Notes under the pieces: model-generated
Told to the model about the DNA's origin: nothing
The model's input: only the letters and a program-made list of their open reading frames with translations
The model's database searches: none
Origin: a virus
Strand: one strand, 5' to 3'
IMG/VR virus record: IMGVR_UViG_3300040770_000184
DNA: 64,000 nt
Shown: piece after piece, positions 55,699 through 64,000 of the stretch
Numbering within the stretch: the stretch's first letter is position 1
How the letters are laid out: the number at the start of each line of letters is the position of its first letter
Position numbers and translations under genes: made by a program

Positions 55699-57381
55699 TT
55701 AGCTGATTCGGTTGACCATACGCTTGCCGATTTCATCAGTCAGACCGAGGACGGTCCACGATTTCTTCGACTTTTGCTTGTGGGTAACCAAGGCACGGGC
55801 ATTAGAAATGTCCGGGTTCTTTTGGTACAGATCCCAAAGATGCTGGGCTTTTTCAGACTGAGACATCTCAGCCGTTGGCTTAGAAGTGGTCACAGGTTCT
55901 GCCTTCATTTCTGGAGCGGGTGGGGGAGGGGTGGCTTCTACTGCAGGCTGTGGTTTTTCAGCATCAGCAATGACTTTGTAGCAATCATCACCAGCAGTGA
56001 CCGGCAAGCCCAGAGCAGGCCAGCCTTTCTTTTTAGCCTTCTTGAACGCCAGTAGCTCAACAGCAGCCTTGAGATCACCGGATTTCATCAGGTCGTAAAG
56101 CTGACGCTGAGGGGTAATGAAAATAGTTGCTGGGGCTTGATCTTTCAAGGCCAACTCTCGGGCGTCTACTGAGGATTTCTCCTGCAGAATAGGCTCAAGG
56201 TTGTCCAAGGACTCACTGCGGCGACCGTTGTCTTCCATAGTGAATGGATTGGCTTCGGTTACCGGAGTAACAATCAGACCACCACCACGATCCTCAGTGA
56301 TTTCCACAGTTTCCAAAACTGGAGTGTGGTTACCGGAAGCAGCATTGCCAAGCAAGGCCGTGTCCTGCAGAGGACGATTGCGGACCACGTTGTCATGATC
56401 CACTTGGCTCAGCTCTGCAATGATGAAGTAAGCACGAGCACGTAGCTTACGAGCATCACCGTGAGGCACTGCAATCACGTCTTCTGGGGCTAGTTTAGCG
56501 AGTACGCAGACGTTACCACTGAAGGAGTCCAGATAGTCACGACGGGCCACATGCAGACCATTGGAGCAGTCCACGCTACGACGGGCATCAACCATCTTTT
56601 CATCCATGAAAACGTAGCTGCCGACACGTTGCTTAACGCTACTGGAATGGCAGTCTACGTAGTAGCTTTCGCTACTACGGTTAAGGCGTTTGTAGACCAG
56701 GACAGTACCGTCGTCCGCAATTGGCAGTTCGCCTTTCTCCATGAACTTCAGGAGGTCTTGGGCAGCATGGTTACGCTTTACGCTGGCCAGTCGCTTGAAG
56801 AAGTTTTGTAAACCTTCTGGTGATCCCATTTTGGAGACCACTGCTTGCATCTGAATGCTCAGCTGCTCCATGCCACCGATTACCGTACCATCAGGCATGA
56901 CAGCCACAATGGTAGTTGGCTCACTGCCGGGATGGTCAGTAGCACCAAAGTTCGGATGGGAGGTAGACATAGCCCCTTCCATGATTTCTGCAACAGCAGC
57001 CATGCTTTTGGTAATCGGTGCCTTCTCTTCAACCTGCTTCTGCTGCTCAACATTCCGCTGGTTGGGTACTTGCCCCACAACCAAAGGCGTCACTGCTTCA
57101 GTGGCAAAACGAGCCATGATTTCATCAGCTTTTGCTTTCATCACACGGAAGAAAGTAACGAGACCATTAAGGCTCTCTTCAGCTTCCTTGTACGGTGAGT
57201 AAACGGCCATGTCTTCTTCGGTCAGCAGACACTCACCGCTGTTCTCCAGAGCAGGAACAATAGTATCTACCAACTTACGAACACGAGGGTCTCCTTGGGC
57301 AATGGTAATAGTTTCGCCATCATCTTTATAGAGCGTTAGGTTATGGACATCCACAACCAATGCAATAATGCGGGTCTTCAT
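55699..57381 (-). CDS. rIIB: rIIB-like protein
   Basis: LPIADDG..L.YK, CSNGLHV, PEDVIAVP...KLR motifs; follows rIIA. Confidence 0.9.
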   Translation of the reverse strand: MKTRIIALVVDVHNLTLYKDDGETITIAQGDPRVRKLVDTIVPALENSGECLLTEEDMAVYSPYKEAEESLNGLVTFFRVMKAKADEIMARFATEAVTPLVVGQVPNQRNVEQQKQVEEKAPITKSMAAVAEIMEGAMSTSHPNFGATDHPGSEPTTIVAVMPDGTVIGGMEQLSIQMQAVVSKMGSPEGLQNFFKRLASVKRNHAAQDLLKFMEKGELPIADDGTVLVYKRLNRSSESYYVDCHSSSVKQRVGSYVFMDEKMVDARRSVDCSNGLHVARRDYLDSFSGNVCVLAKLAPEDVIAVPHGDARKLRARAYFIIAELSQVDHDNVVRNRPLQDTALLGNAASGNHTPVLETVEITEDRGGGLIVTPVTEANPFTMEDNGRRSESLDNLEPILQEKSSVDARELALKDQAPATIFITPQRQLYDLMKSGDLKAAVELLAFKKAKKKGWPALGLPVTAGDDCYKVIADAEKPQPAVEATPPPPAPEMKAEPVTTSKPTAEMSQSEKAQHLWDLYQKNPDISNARALVTHKQKSKKSWTVLGLTDEIGKRMVNRIS

Positions 57382-57390
57382 ACGTAATCC

Positions 57391-59796
57391 TTATTTAAGG
57401 AGTTTAAGAGCAATTTCACACGCAATTGCGTAGTGCTCTGAGGAGGGTTGGGCCTTATCCAATTTATGTACCACATGGTCCATATCAAGGAAATACTTCC
57501 AAGGAGAACTATCGATTTTGTGAACCAAGGTATCGTAACCAGGGTAGGGCTTTACTTTTGCAACTAAGGCTCGGCACTTTGGTAAATCAAGAGCGTAGAA
57601 CTGCCTGTGCTGAGACTCTTCGTAGAAAGTGATTAACATATCAGTTTCTGGGGTAATGTAGAAACGCAAACCCAAGTCACTCATCACTTTTTCGTGCCTA
57701 ATAATACTCCCTAAAAACTTATGGGTATCAGCACGATACTGTTTATCTTTCGCTAACTTACCAAATGCCAAATAACGTGGAAAGTCAGGACGAGTAGATA
57801 AAGCTGCATCTACGTAGTTGCCAATAAATGCGCTCACTTCAGGCATCCCTTTATCAATTAGTTTTTGGACTTGCGTGCTGATAACTACAGCAATCTTATC
57901 CCCAAAATGTGTGGCTACAAGTTGAGCAGACTTACCGCTCAGTTTAGAAAACACGGTAGGACATTCAGTTGAGTTATTCAGTACTACGTAAGCCACTGGG
58001 TCATGAACTTCTGACTCAGGAGTAGCATTGGCTCGGGCTGTACTTAACAGAAAGGTTTCTGTTACTGGGTTAAAGCTACTTAGCAGAGACAGGAAGCCCT
58101 TACGCTTGGGTGCTGCAGGCTTACGCACTGGCTTGGGAGCCAATGGGTCAATCTCTTCCACTACCTTCTCAGGGATCACGTTACGCACGTCATACCCTAA
58201 GCCGACCAAGCCATCTGTGATTGCCTGGATGGTCTTTTCATTGTTTTGGCAGAGGTATGCAACCCAGCCATTTGGGTACTCTTGGTCTGACAAAAAGTCT
58301 TGTATCGCAGTTTTACTACGGCCAACTACTGCACGTTTAAATGCAAAGCTAACTGCTTTCTCTACATCGCCATGAGTAATACTCAACTTACTTGGACGGA
58401 TAAGCTCAAAGCTACGATAACTATATCGACTAAAGGTGTAATAAAGACGGTCTTTAGTTAATTTTTCATCTTGGGCAATGAGGTTATTGAGAGGAAGAGT
58501 TAAGTACTTGTGGATTATTGCTTCGTAACTACTTGTAAAGTAGCTTCTTTTTGTAGAAATGTTCTTGGCGTACTTTGCCTTTTTAAGCAACGCATTCCCA
58601 AACTTTACAGGTATACGTGCTTCTTTTACCAACTTCTCCAGCCGCTTTACAACAAGTACATTGGGGCTTACTGACGTACTTCTTTGCAACTCGTGGTTAA
58701 GAAAGGCCCTACGAGTGGTGTAAGCAATTATCCCTGTGGGATGTTGTTCGCTGGTTATCCGAGGCAACTGGATATGGTTGGCGAAATTACTTGGTTCAAC
58801 GATGGTCTCTTCAGAGATCAGTTTATTAGTTCTGGCTTGAATGATTTGCTGTGAAGATACTTTAGCAACTTCAGCCAATGAACTATCAAACGACAAAAGA
58901 AGACCTTTTAAAGTTGCTACTGTTGCGTCTGTCAGAATTAAAGCCTCACGGCTTGGGGCAATGGAAACAGTGTCAGGAGCACACATAAAAATAATGTTTG
59001 CTCCATTCCACAGTTTACTCATGCCTTCCAGTACACGCTGCCACTCGATTAAGTAACCTTCGTGCTTTGGTAACGGGTACACAACATTGCCGTAACGGAC
59101 GTTAATGCGGCTTGTTAGAGTGCCTGAGAAACTGTTAATCAGGTAACCAGTTGGGCTGTTCTCAAGGGGCAGTCCCTCAACTGGGTCTTTACCATTGACG
59201 CTGGCTTTGATCTCACCAAGGATCAACACTTCGTTGATGAGGCGTAAAAACTCATCAGCGTGCTGGTGCTGGATGCCCAGCTTGACTTGGATACCGGTCT
59301 CTGTGGTGGGCATGCTTACGATTGTATCAATCGAAGGCTTACCGCCTTTTTCCATAGAGGACTTGGACACACGGTAAACGGTCTTTACTCCACTGTTGTG
59401 GGAGATAACTTCAAAGTTATCAACGTAAGCAAGGGGGGCTTTGCTGCCCAGGCCGAAGCCACCGGTTACAGTAGAGTCTTCGCGTTTGGTTGAGTTACCA
59501 AACACACCATAAATCTGGCCGATTTTGGCATGTGGGATACCAGGGCCAAAGTCACGAATTGATAACTGACCGTCTTTCAGAATGATCTGCAAAGGCGTGT
59601 CTGTTTTGTTGGCAGTGATGTGACCATCCCAACCATTACAAATAATCTCCCGTACTGTGGCCAAACGGGGGTATGTGTACAGGGTTGTGGAAAAGATGTG
59701 CATAAGTGCAGCACTGTCGCTGACACCCATCTCTACGGATTCTTGCTTACCAATCACCGCATGAGTGATTGCATCGGAAAGAGCTGCTACTTGCAT
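57391..59796 (-). CDS. rIIA: rIIA-like protein
   Basis: GHKL-type N-terminus: REIICNGWD, IRDFGPGI, GGFGLGSKAP. Confidence 0.9.
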   Translation of the reverse strand: MQVAALSDAITHAVIGKQESVEMGVSDSAALMHIFSTTLYTYPRLATVREIICNGWDGHITANKTDTPLQIILKDGQLSIRDFGPGIPHAKIGQIYGVFGNSTKREDSTVTGGFGLGSKAPLAYVDNFEVISHNSGVKTVYRVSKSSMEKGGKPSIDTIVSMPTTETGIQVKLGIQHQHADEFLRLINEVLILGEIKASVNGKDPVEGLPLENSPTGYLINSFSGTLTSRINVRYGNVVYPLPKHEGYLIEWQRVLEGMSKLWNGANIIFMCAPDTVSIAPSREALILTDATVATLKGLLLSFDSSLAEVAKVSSQQIIQARTNKLISEETIVEPSNFANHIQLPRITSEQHPTGIIAYTTRRAFLNHELQRSTSVSPNVLVVKRLEKLVKEARIPVKFGNALLKKAKYAKNISTKRSYFTSSYEAIIHKYLTLPLNNLIAQDEKLTKDRLYYTFSRYSYRSFELIRPSKLSITHGDVEKAVSFAFKRAVVGRSKTAIQDFLSDQEYPNGWVAYLCQNNEKTIQAITDGLVGLGYDVRNVIPEKVVEEIDPLAPKPVRKPAAPKRKGFLSLLSSFNPVTETFLLSTARANATPESEVHDPVAYVVLNNSTECPTVFSKLSGKSAQLVATHFGDKIAVVISTQVQKLIDKGMPEVSAFIGNYVDAALSTRPDFPRYLAFGKLAKDKQYRADTHKFLGSIIRHEKVMSDLGLRFYITPETDMLITFYEESQHRQFYALDLPKCRALVAKVKPYPGYDTLVHKIDSSPWKYFLDMDHVVHKLDKAQPSSEHYAIACEIALKLLK

Positions 59797-59824
59797 CAGG
59801 GATACTCCTAATTAGAAATAAGGC

Positions 59825-59846
59825 AACCCACCATTGCTGGTGGGTT
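59825..59846 (-). terminator. Stem-loop after thyX
   Basis: AACCCACCA-GCAA-TGGTGGGTT on minus strand (GNRA loop). Confidence 0.6.
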
Positions 59847-59864
59847 ACGAACCAAGAAAAGTGA

Positions 59865-60650
59865 TTACACTTTTTCAGTGTCGAAGCGGACTTCAGCGAT
59901 ACCGTCCACTACGGAGACTTTTGCGTCTTTGTACAGTGCTGGGTAACGCTCCAGCATTGCGTAAAAGACAGGTACGAAGGCCAAACGCACTTCTTCTTCA
60001 GCATGGCGATCGGTACGCATCTGGATGATGTGACGAATAGCCCGGTGATTTGCCGAGAAGAAAATAGCGTTGGCACGGCCTTCAGGAAGTACCCGGCGAA
60101 GTGCCGAAGTCATCTTCTTTTTCCAGTTGAAGTCAGGGGAATCGTTGATACCTGACAGGACTACCAGTTTGGTGTACTGCTCTTCAATGTTTTCTGCAGC
60201 TTCAATGAAGGCTTCCAGCAAGGCTGGTTGCTCGCTGATGATGCTCGGGATGAACATGCCCAGCTCACGGCGTACATAACGACCAGACTCCTGAGAGAAG
60301 GCAGTACCGTCACCATGGCGTACCAGCTCATGAGTGAGTACACGGGACACGTCAAGCAACACGAAGTTGACTACTGTGTGTTCCAGAACAGAGCCATGCT
60401 TGGTGGCAATGATGCCTTCTTGCAAGTACTGCTCGTTGTTACGCATACCAGTGCGGGTAAGGTTTGCGTTCAGATCGGTGTCAAAACTCATGTAGCAGAG
60501 CTTGCCAGCCACTTCTGAGAGCATTTCAGCATCAGAAGCAGCATCTGTATGCCAATCAGGAACCCCCAAGTGATCCAGCATGGCCTCCATGCCTTCTTTG
60601 ATTTGGGTGGACTCACCGATTACAAACACTTTAGGTGTTACAAGTTTCAT
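59865..60650 (-). CDS. thyX: FAD-dependent thymidylate synthase
   Basis: HGSVLEH, ELVRH..FSQESGRY, RRVLP, EEEVR motifs; start MKLVTP at 60650. Confidence 0.92.
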   Translation of the reverse strand: MKLVTPKVFVIGESTQIKEGMEAMLDHLGVPDWHTDAASDAEMLSEVAGKLCYMSFDTDLNANLTRTGMRNNEQYLQEGIIATKHGSVLEHTVVNFVLLDVSRVLTHELVRHGDGTAFSQESGRYVRRELGMFIPSIISEQPALLEAFIEAAENIEEQYTKLVVLSGINDSPDFNWKKKMTSALRRVLPEGRANAIFFSANHRAIRHIIQMRTDRHAEEEVRLAFVPVFYAMLERYPALYKDAKVSVVDGIAEVRFDTEKV

Positions 60651-60683
60651 GAAAAATTCCTTTGTTAGTGAAACAGCTTTCAA

Positions 60684-60716
60684 ACAAAAAACCCCCTCAC
60701 ATAGAGGGGGTTTTTC
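60684..60716. terminator. Bidirectional-type intrinsic terminator
   Basis: AAAAAACCCCCTC-ACATA-GAGGGGGTTTTT. Confidence 0.8.
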
Positions 60717-60743
60717 TTACGGTGCTAGACCGGCGCAGGGATT

Positions 60744-61055
60744 TTAACTGAGGTAGAAGGACACCGTACTACCAGTCGTGCCCTTGGCCACCTCGTCTGC
60801 GGATACTTGCATGAAACCATGGGAGGCAGTAATCAAGGCACCAGAGTTACCATTACACATTCGCTCACTAGCGATCATGTAAGCCTGTTCGGCGTGGAAC
60901 TTGGCGGTATCAGTACCGATGGCACCGACATCAGCCAGAACGAAGCTGAGTACTTGACCATACTCAACCGGATCAGTGGCGGCGTAGGCAAACGAGCCGA
61001 AGCAGAAAGCTGCCACGGCAATGGCCATATGGAGCAGACGGCGAGTGGACTGCAT
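60744..61055 (-). CDS. Small protein with predicted Sec signal peptide
   Basis: RR-basic N-terminus, hydrophobic core, AYA cleavage motif. Confidence 0.75.
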   Translation of the reverse strand: MQSTRRLLHMAIAVAAFCFGSFAYAATDPVEYGQVLSFVLADVGAIGTDTAKFHAEQAYMIASERMCNGNSGALITASHGFMQVSADEVAKGTTGSTVSFYLS

Positions 61056-61108
61056 AGTCGTATTTCCTTTGGTTCAGTTGGTGGGTTTTACAGAATGTGC
61101 AGTATGCC

Positions 61109-61420
61109 TTAACGGCTTACCAACACAAGGCTGCTCGGGTCAACGCCAAGAACTTTGGCGATAATTTCTGTTGCTTGACGCATCAGTTTCTCGTTTTCAT
61201 CCGAGACTTTTGGTGCGGTATCAGCAGTATCTGCTTCACCTTGGCTCGGGCCTTCGGTTTCAGCTTTAGGCAGTGCTTCGGCAATCAGCAGCAGGACTTG
61301 ATCACGCAGCTCAATTTCGCCCATGTCATCCAAACGATCTGCTGAGTTGGTCAGCTTCTCGATGGTGTCGGCACGCTTACCTTGCATGTCCAGTTCAAGC
61401 AAATCACAGTCGATACACAT
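61109..61420 (-). CDS. Hypothetical protein (103 aa)
   Basis: GAAGGAAG SD, co-oriented. Confidence 0.7.
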   Translation of the reverse strand: MCIDCDLLELDMQGKRADTIEKLTNSADRLDDMGEIELRDQVLLLIAEALPKAETEGPSQGEADTADTAPKVSDENEKLMRQATEIIAKVLGVDPSSLVLVSR

Positions 61421-61473
61421 AACACTTCCTTCTTAGTGAGAGTTAAAGGGGCCTTGCCCCCAAGACAACATAA

Positions 61474-61692
61474 CTATAACTTCTCTGCGGCCAACATGTC
61501 AGCTAACCACTCTTGCAACTTTTCTTCGTAAATCTCCTCACCTTCGCAGTTATTTAGGAGATACGCAGTGAAGCGTTCCCACATCTCCAGTTCTTTAATA
61601 CGGGCACCGGCTACTTTAAGAAGCTCACCTTGCTCAACAATGGTTTTACGCTGAGCTTCGTTTCGTTGCTCAAGTGTCCGTTCGGTCTGCAT
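61474..61692 (-). CDS. Hypothetical coiled-coil protein
   Basis: GGGGAG SD before ATG at 61692. Confidence 0.65.
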   Translation of the reverse strand: MQTERTLEQRNEAQRKTIVEQGELLKVAGARIKELEMWERFTAYLLNNCEGEEIYEEKLQEWLADMLAAEKL

Positions 61693-62044
61693 CTTCGATC
61701 TCCCCAATGGTGTAAAGGAACCCTCTGATTTCGATCAAAGTGCGGATCTGTACAGTGCCTTCAGCCTCTATTTTGGCTAGATACTTAACAGCATCAGCCA
61801 GCATGGTTTTAGCCATACGGGCCTCTTTTTCTGCTTGACGCAAACTGTTCTGTGCCAGCAAATTGTGATCCTTGGCTACTTGTAGCTCAAGATTCAAACG
61901 ATTCTCGCTTGGCTGAGCGAACAGCTCGGTCCCGATGGGAACCTCTTTTGCGTCGAACACGGCCATAGTCCATATCTCGGTCGTGATCCCCGGCATCTCT
62001 GTAACTGTGCCCAGTGGTTTCCGGTATTTCGGTAGGTCGGTCAT
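61670..62044 (-). CDS. Hypothetical protein (MTDLPKYRKP...)
   Basis: GAGGAA SD before ATG at 62044. Confidence 0.65.
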   Translation of the reverse strand: MTDLPKYRKPLGTVTEMPGITTEIWTMAVFDAKEVPIGTELFAQPSENRLNLELQVAKDHNLLAQNSLRQAEKEARMAKTMLADAVKYLAKIEAEGTVQIRTLIEIRGFLYTIGEIEDADRTDT

Positions 62045-62261
62045 CCGGTAATTCCTCAATAGGTTTTTCCTGCTCATAACGAGCAAGGGCATCGAGAATG
62101 ACAGCACGAGGATTACTACTCCCGGCTATCAAGTAGAGCGGGCCACGATTGGCCCTAGATACACTTTTAATGATTTTCATCACTGCCAGCGAGATCGTCT
62201 TTTTGTCCGTATGGATCTCAGCAATGAGAGCCAATTGGAGCATCAATTCATCCTGAGTCAC
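61887..62261 (-). CDS. Hypothetical protein overlapping downstream gene
   Basis: GTGA-coupled to 62258..62455; C-terminal ~50 aa overlap the next gene. Confidence 0.45.
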   Translation of the reverse strand: MTQDELMLQLALIAEIHTDKKTISLAVMKIIKSVSRANRGPLYLIAGSSNPRAVILDALARYEQEKPIEELPDDRPTEIPETTGHSYRDAGDHDRDMDYGRVRRKRGSHRDRAVRSAKRESFES

Positions 62262-62455
62262 TTCATCTGTCCCCAACGGTTTCTTGGACCTTTGGGTCCT
62301 TTTTTAGGATCGGCCTCAGTCATAAACTGTTTTGGCGTAGCTAAATCGTCAAAAAAGGCAACATCTGGGTTTCTCCCAGAAACTACCATTCGATCGAGTG
62401 CCAGCAACTCAAGTGCAGCAAAACAACCACCGATAACTAGGACGCGAGATTCCAT
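62258..62455 (-). CDS. Hypothetical protein (65 aa)
   Basis: Co-oriented ORF with plausible SD. Confidence 0.55.
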   Translation of the reverse strand: MESRVLVIGGCFAALELLALDRMVVSGRNPDVAFFDDLATPKQFMTEADPKKGPKGPRNRWGQMK

Positions 62456-62478
62456 AAAATTCTCTTAATTTGGGGGAA

Positions 62479-62511
62479 GACGTATTGGAAACAGTTAGTT
62501 TCCAATACGTC
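62479..62511. repeat. Perfect 14-bp intergenic inverted repeat
   Basis: GACGTATTGGAAAC-AGTTA-GTTTCCAATACGTC. Confidence 0.85.
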
Positions 62512-62555
62512 CTTGTGGGGCGTATTGGGCTTTGGCCTCTGGGCTGAGGTGCTAA

Positions 62556-62777
62556 TTACTCAGCAGTTTCAGCAGCCTTTTCAGGCAGAACACCCTGGGC
62601 TTTCTTAACGTAGCCACGCAGCGAGCGAATGGTATCGGTCACTTCCAGGTAGTCACGGTTGGCCAGAATAATAGTACTGCCTTCACCACTACTTGCACCG
62701 GAAAAGTGGGTGACGTGGTTGATGTTCAGCTCTACTTTAGAACCGTCGGCTTTCAGGGTTACGCGAATGAAGGACAT
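62556..62777 (-). CDS. Small beta-rich protein, FlbD-like pattern
   Basis: FIRVT..DG..V.LN..H......G..STIIL.N..Y..V..T. Confidence 0.65.
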   Translation of the reverse strand: MSFIRVTLKADGSKVELNINHVTHFSGASSGEGSTIILANRDYLEVTDTIRSLRGYVKKAQGVLPEKAAETAE

Positions 62778-62824
62778 GCAGATGACTCCAGTTGATTAAG
62801 GGCAATTCAGCCCAAAGAAGGGTT

Positions 62825-63343
62825 TTATTCTTGTGACGGTGTTGCTATGGCAGCTACCGGTTTATCAGCTTGATGCTGATATTTCCCAGTGTAACGAGCC
62901 TCTTCTATCGTGAAATGGAAGATTACTTGAGCAATCCCAGAACCAGCTGGAATTACAAGGTCTCCTTCACCGTGGTATACAAGCTCCAAGGTCAAGAAGC
63001 CTTCCCAACCCGGTTCGATAACCGTGTTGAATACCGACAGGCCACGACGTGCCCAGGTGGACTTGTCGTGGACAATGCCTGTCAGATTATTGGGCATAGT
63101 GAAGCGTTCCATAGCTGATGCTAAAGCAAAACGGCCATGTTTTTGTTTGATTCCCCCAAGACCGTCTGACACGGTAATGACACGTTTACCGTAGTCTCGC
63201 CCACGAAAAGCCACTTCTTGTTTGATACGGATGTCGTACCCAGCCTCCCCAAGACCATAGCTAGTACCGTGGGCAGTCATCTTATTACTAACCATATCCA
63301 CTATAGGGGTACGTAGTAGCAACTCTTTGCCATTAACAATCAT
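62825..63343 (-). CDS. dcd: dCTP deaminase (trimeric dUTPase fold)
   Basis: AGYDIR, HDKSTWARRG, TVIEPGWEGFLTLE, GIAQVIF, Y.GKYQ motifs. Confidence 0.9.
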   Translation of the reverse strand: MIVNGKELLLRTPIVDMVSNKMTAHGTSYGLGEAGYDIRIKQEVAFRGRDYGKRVITVSDGLGGIKQKHGRFALASAMERFTMPNNLTGIVHDKSTWARRGLSVFNTVIEPGWEGFLTLELVYHGEGDLVIPAGSGIAQVIFHFTIEEARYTGKYQHQADKPVAAIATPSQE

Positions 63344-63346
63344 GGT

Positions 63347-64000
63347 TTACTTCCTGATGTGGATGAGTTCACCAAATGGCACAGTCTTTCCTGCTGCCCG
63401 GATGGCTACCCAGATGGTTGGAATATCGAAGGTGAGTGGACCCATTGGAGGACACTGCAGGTCTGAAAAGACAATAGCAGCTGTTGGCTTGATGCTCTCC
63501 ATGTGCTGACGGACACATTCCAAAGAAGTGCCGCCCCGACCAACTATGACAATTTCATCAAAGGGGTCGTACTCACCAAACTCCCGTACCTGCTGGATAG
63601 TCGTGTCGAATTGCACCAGCGTTAGTTTCTCTGGTTGCATGACTTCCTTGATGTACTTCACTTCAGAATTGAAACGCAGTACGTCAGCATCGCTGCAGGA
63701 GCCTGACACGTCCAGGTAGTAGGCCAAGTGCTCAAGTCGCCCATCATCGACATAGGTCGATGGTAGGTATACCTCTTGGCTCCGACGATTAGGCCGACGC
63801 CATGTATAGCTTGAGTCCAGTAGCTCGGTCATAAACCGCATGAGAGTTACCTCCCATGGGATTACTGGCTCCAAGAATTTCTTAATGGTGCTGGTAACCG
63901 AACCAGGGATACTGCCTGCTTCACCGGCCAGCGTGGCCTCGTGTATGGCCCGCAAAACATTACCAATGGTGTCGTTTATGGTGTCCTTGTTAGCAGGCTT
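63347..64000 (-). CDS. N4 gp25-like vWA/DUF2201-type protein, 3' part (5' end beyond window)
   Basis: YTWRRPNRR, LDVSGS MIDAS, GRGGTSL, FSDL motifs; frame open to 64000. Confidence 0.85.
   Translation of the reverse strand, partial: KPANKDTINDTIGNVLRAIHEATLAGEAGSIPGSVTSTIKKFLEPVIPWEVTLMRFMTELLDSSYTWRRPNRRSQEVYLPSTYVDDGRLEHLAYYLDVSGSCSDADVLRFNSEVKYIKEVMQPEKLTLVQFDTTIQQVREFGEYDPFDEIVIVGRGGTSLECVRQHMESIKPTAAIVFSDLQCPPMGPLTFDIPTIWVAIRAAGKTVPFGELIHIRK

Noticed and set aside
1-64000. RNAP II subunits, gp24-like AAA, integrase and tRNA genes
   Set aside because: Not seen in the window; RNAP II and gp24 are expected in the part of the genome beyond the window ends, and nothing indicates a temperate lifestyle

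Overview
A 64 kb segment of an N4-like (Schitoviridae) lytic phage genome, apparently opened at an arbitrary point and reverse-oriented relative to N4. Bases 1-2661 (minus strand) are the early region: gp1- and gp2-like genes, each preceded by a hairpin promoter of the N4 virion-RNA-polymerase type. The physical genome end is probably near 2000-2800. Bases 2811-43351 (plus strand) are the late region: terminase, an unusual ~10.5 kb receptor-binding/depolymerase block (Ig-like domains, GH5 cellulase-like domain, two SGNH esterases, a GH8-like protein, a collagen-like fibre), lysis cassette (holin/antiholin-like, SAR GH108 endolysin, nested spanins), portal, scaffold, major capsid, ejection proteins and a ~4,009-aa virion RNA polymerase carrying an inserted SLOG/DprA-like domain. 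Bases 43659-64000 (minus strand) are the middle/replication region: RuvC-like nuclease, SSB, AAA ATPase, primase, PD-(D/E)XK nuclease, family A DNA polymerase, Dda-like helicase, MazG-like, rIIA/rIIB, ThyX, dCTP deaminase and a partial gp25-like gene. The most notable oddities are: (i) a ~270-nt terminator-bounded intergenic element at 43385-43650 that folds like a structured ncRNA (tRNA T-arm, GNRA hairpins) but is not a tRNA; (ii) an Ig domain split exactly across a -1 frame junction at 7935-7938; (iii) a candidate virion enzyme set for acetylated cellulose-type polysaccharide; (iv) the SLOG domain within the injected polymerase. All family assignments are from motif recognition and N4 synteny, without database searches.
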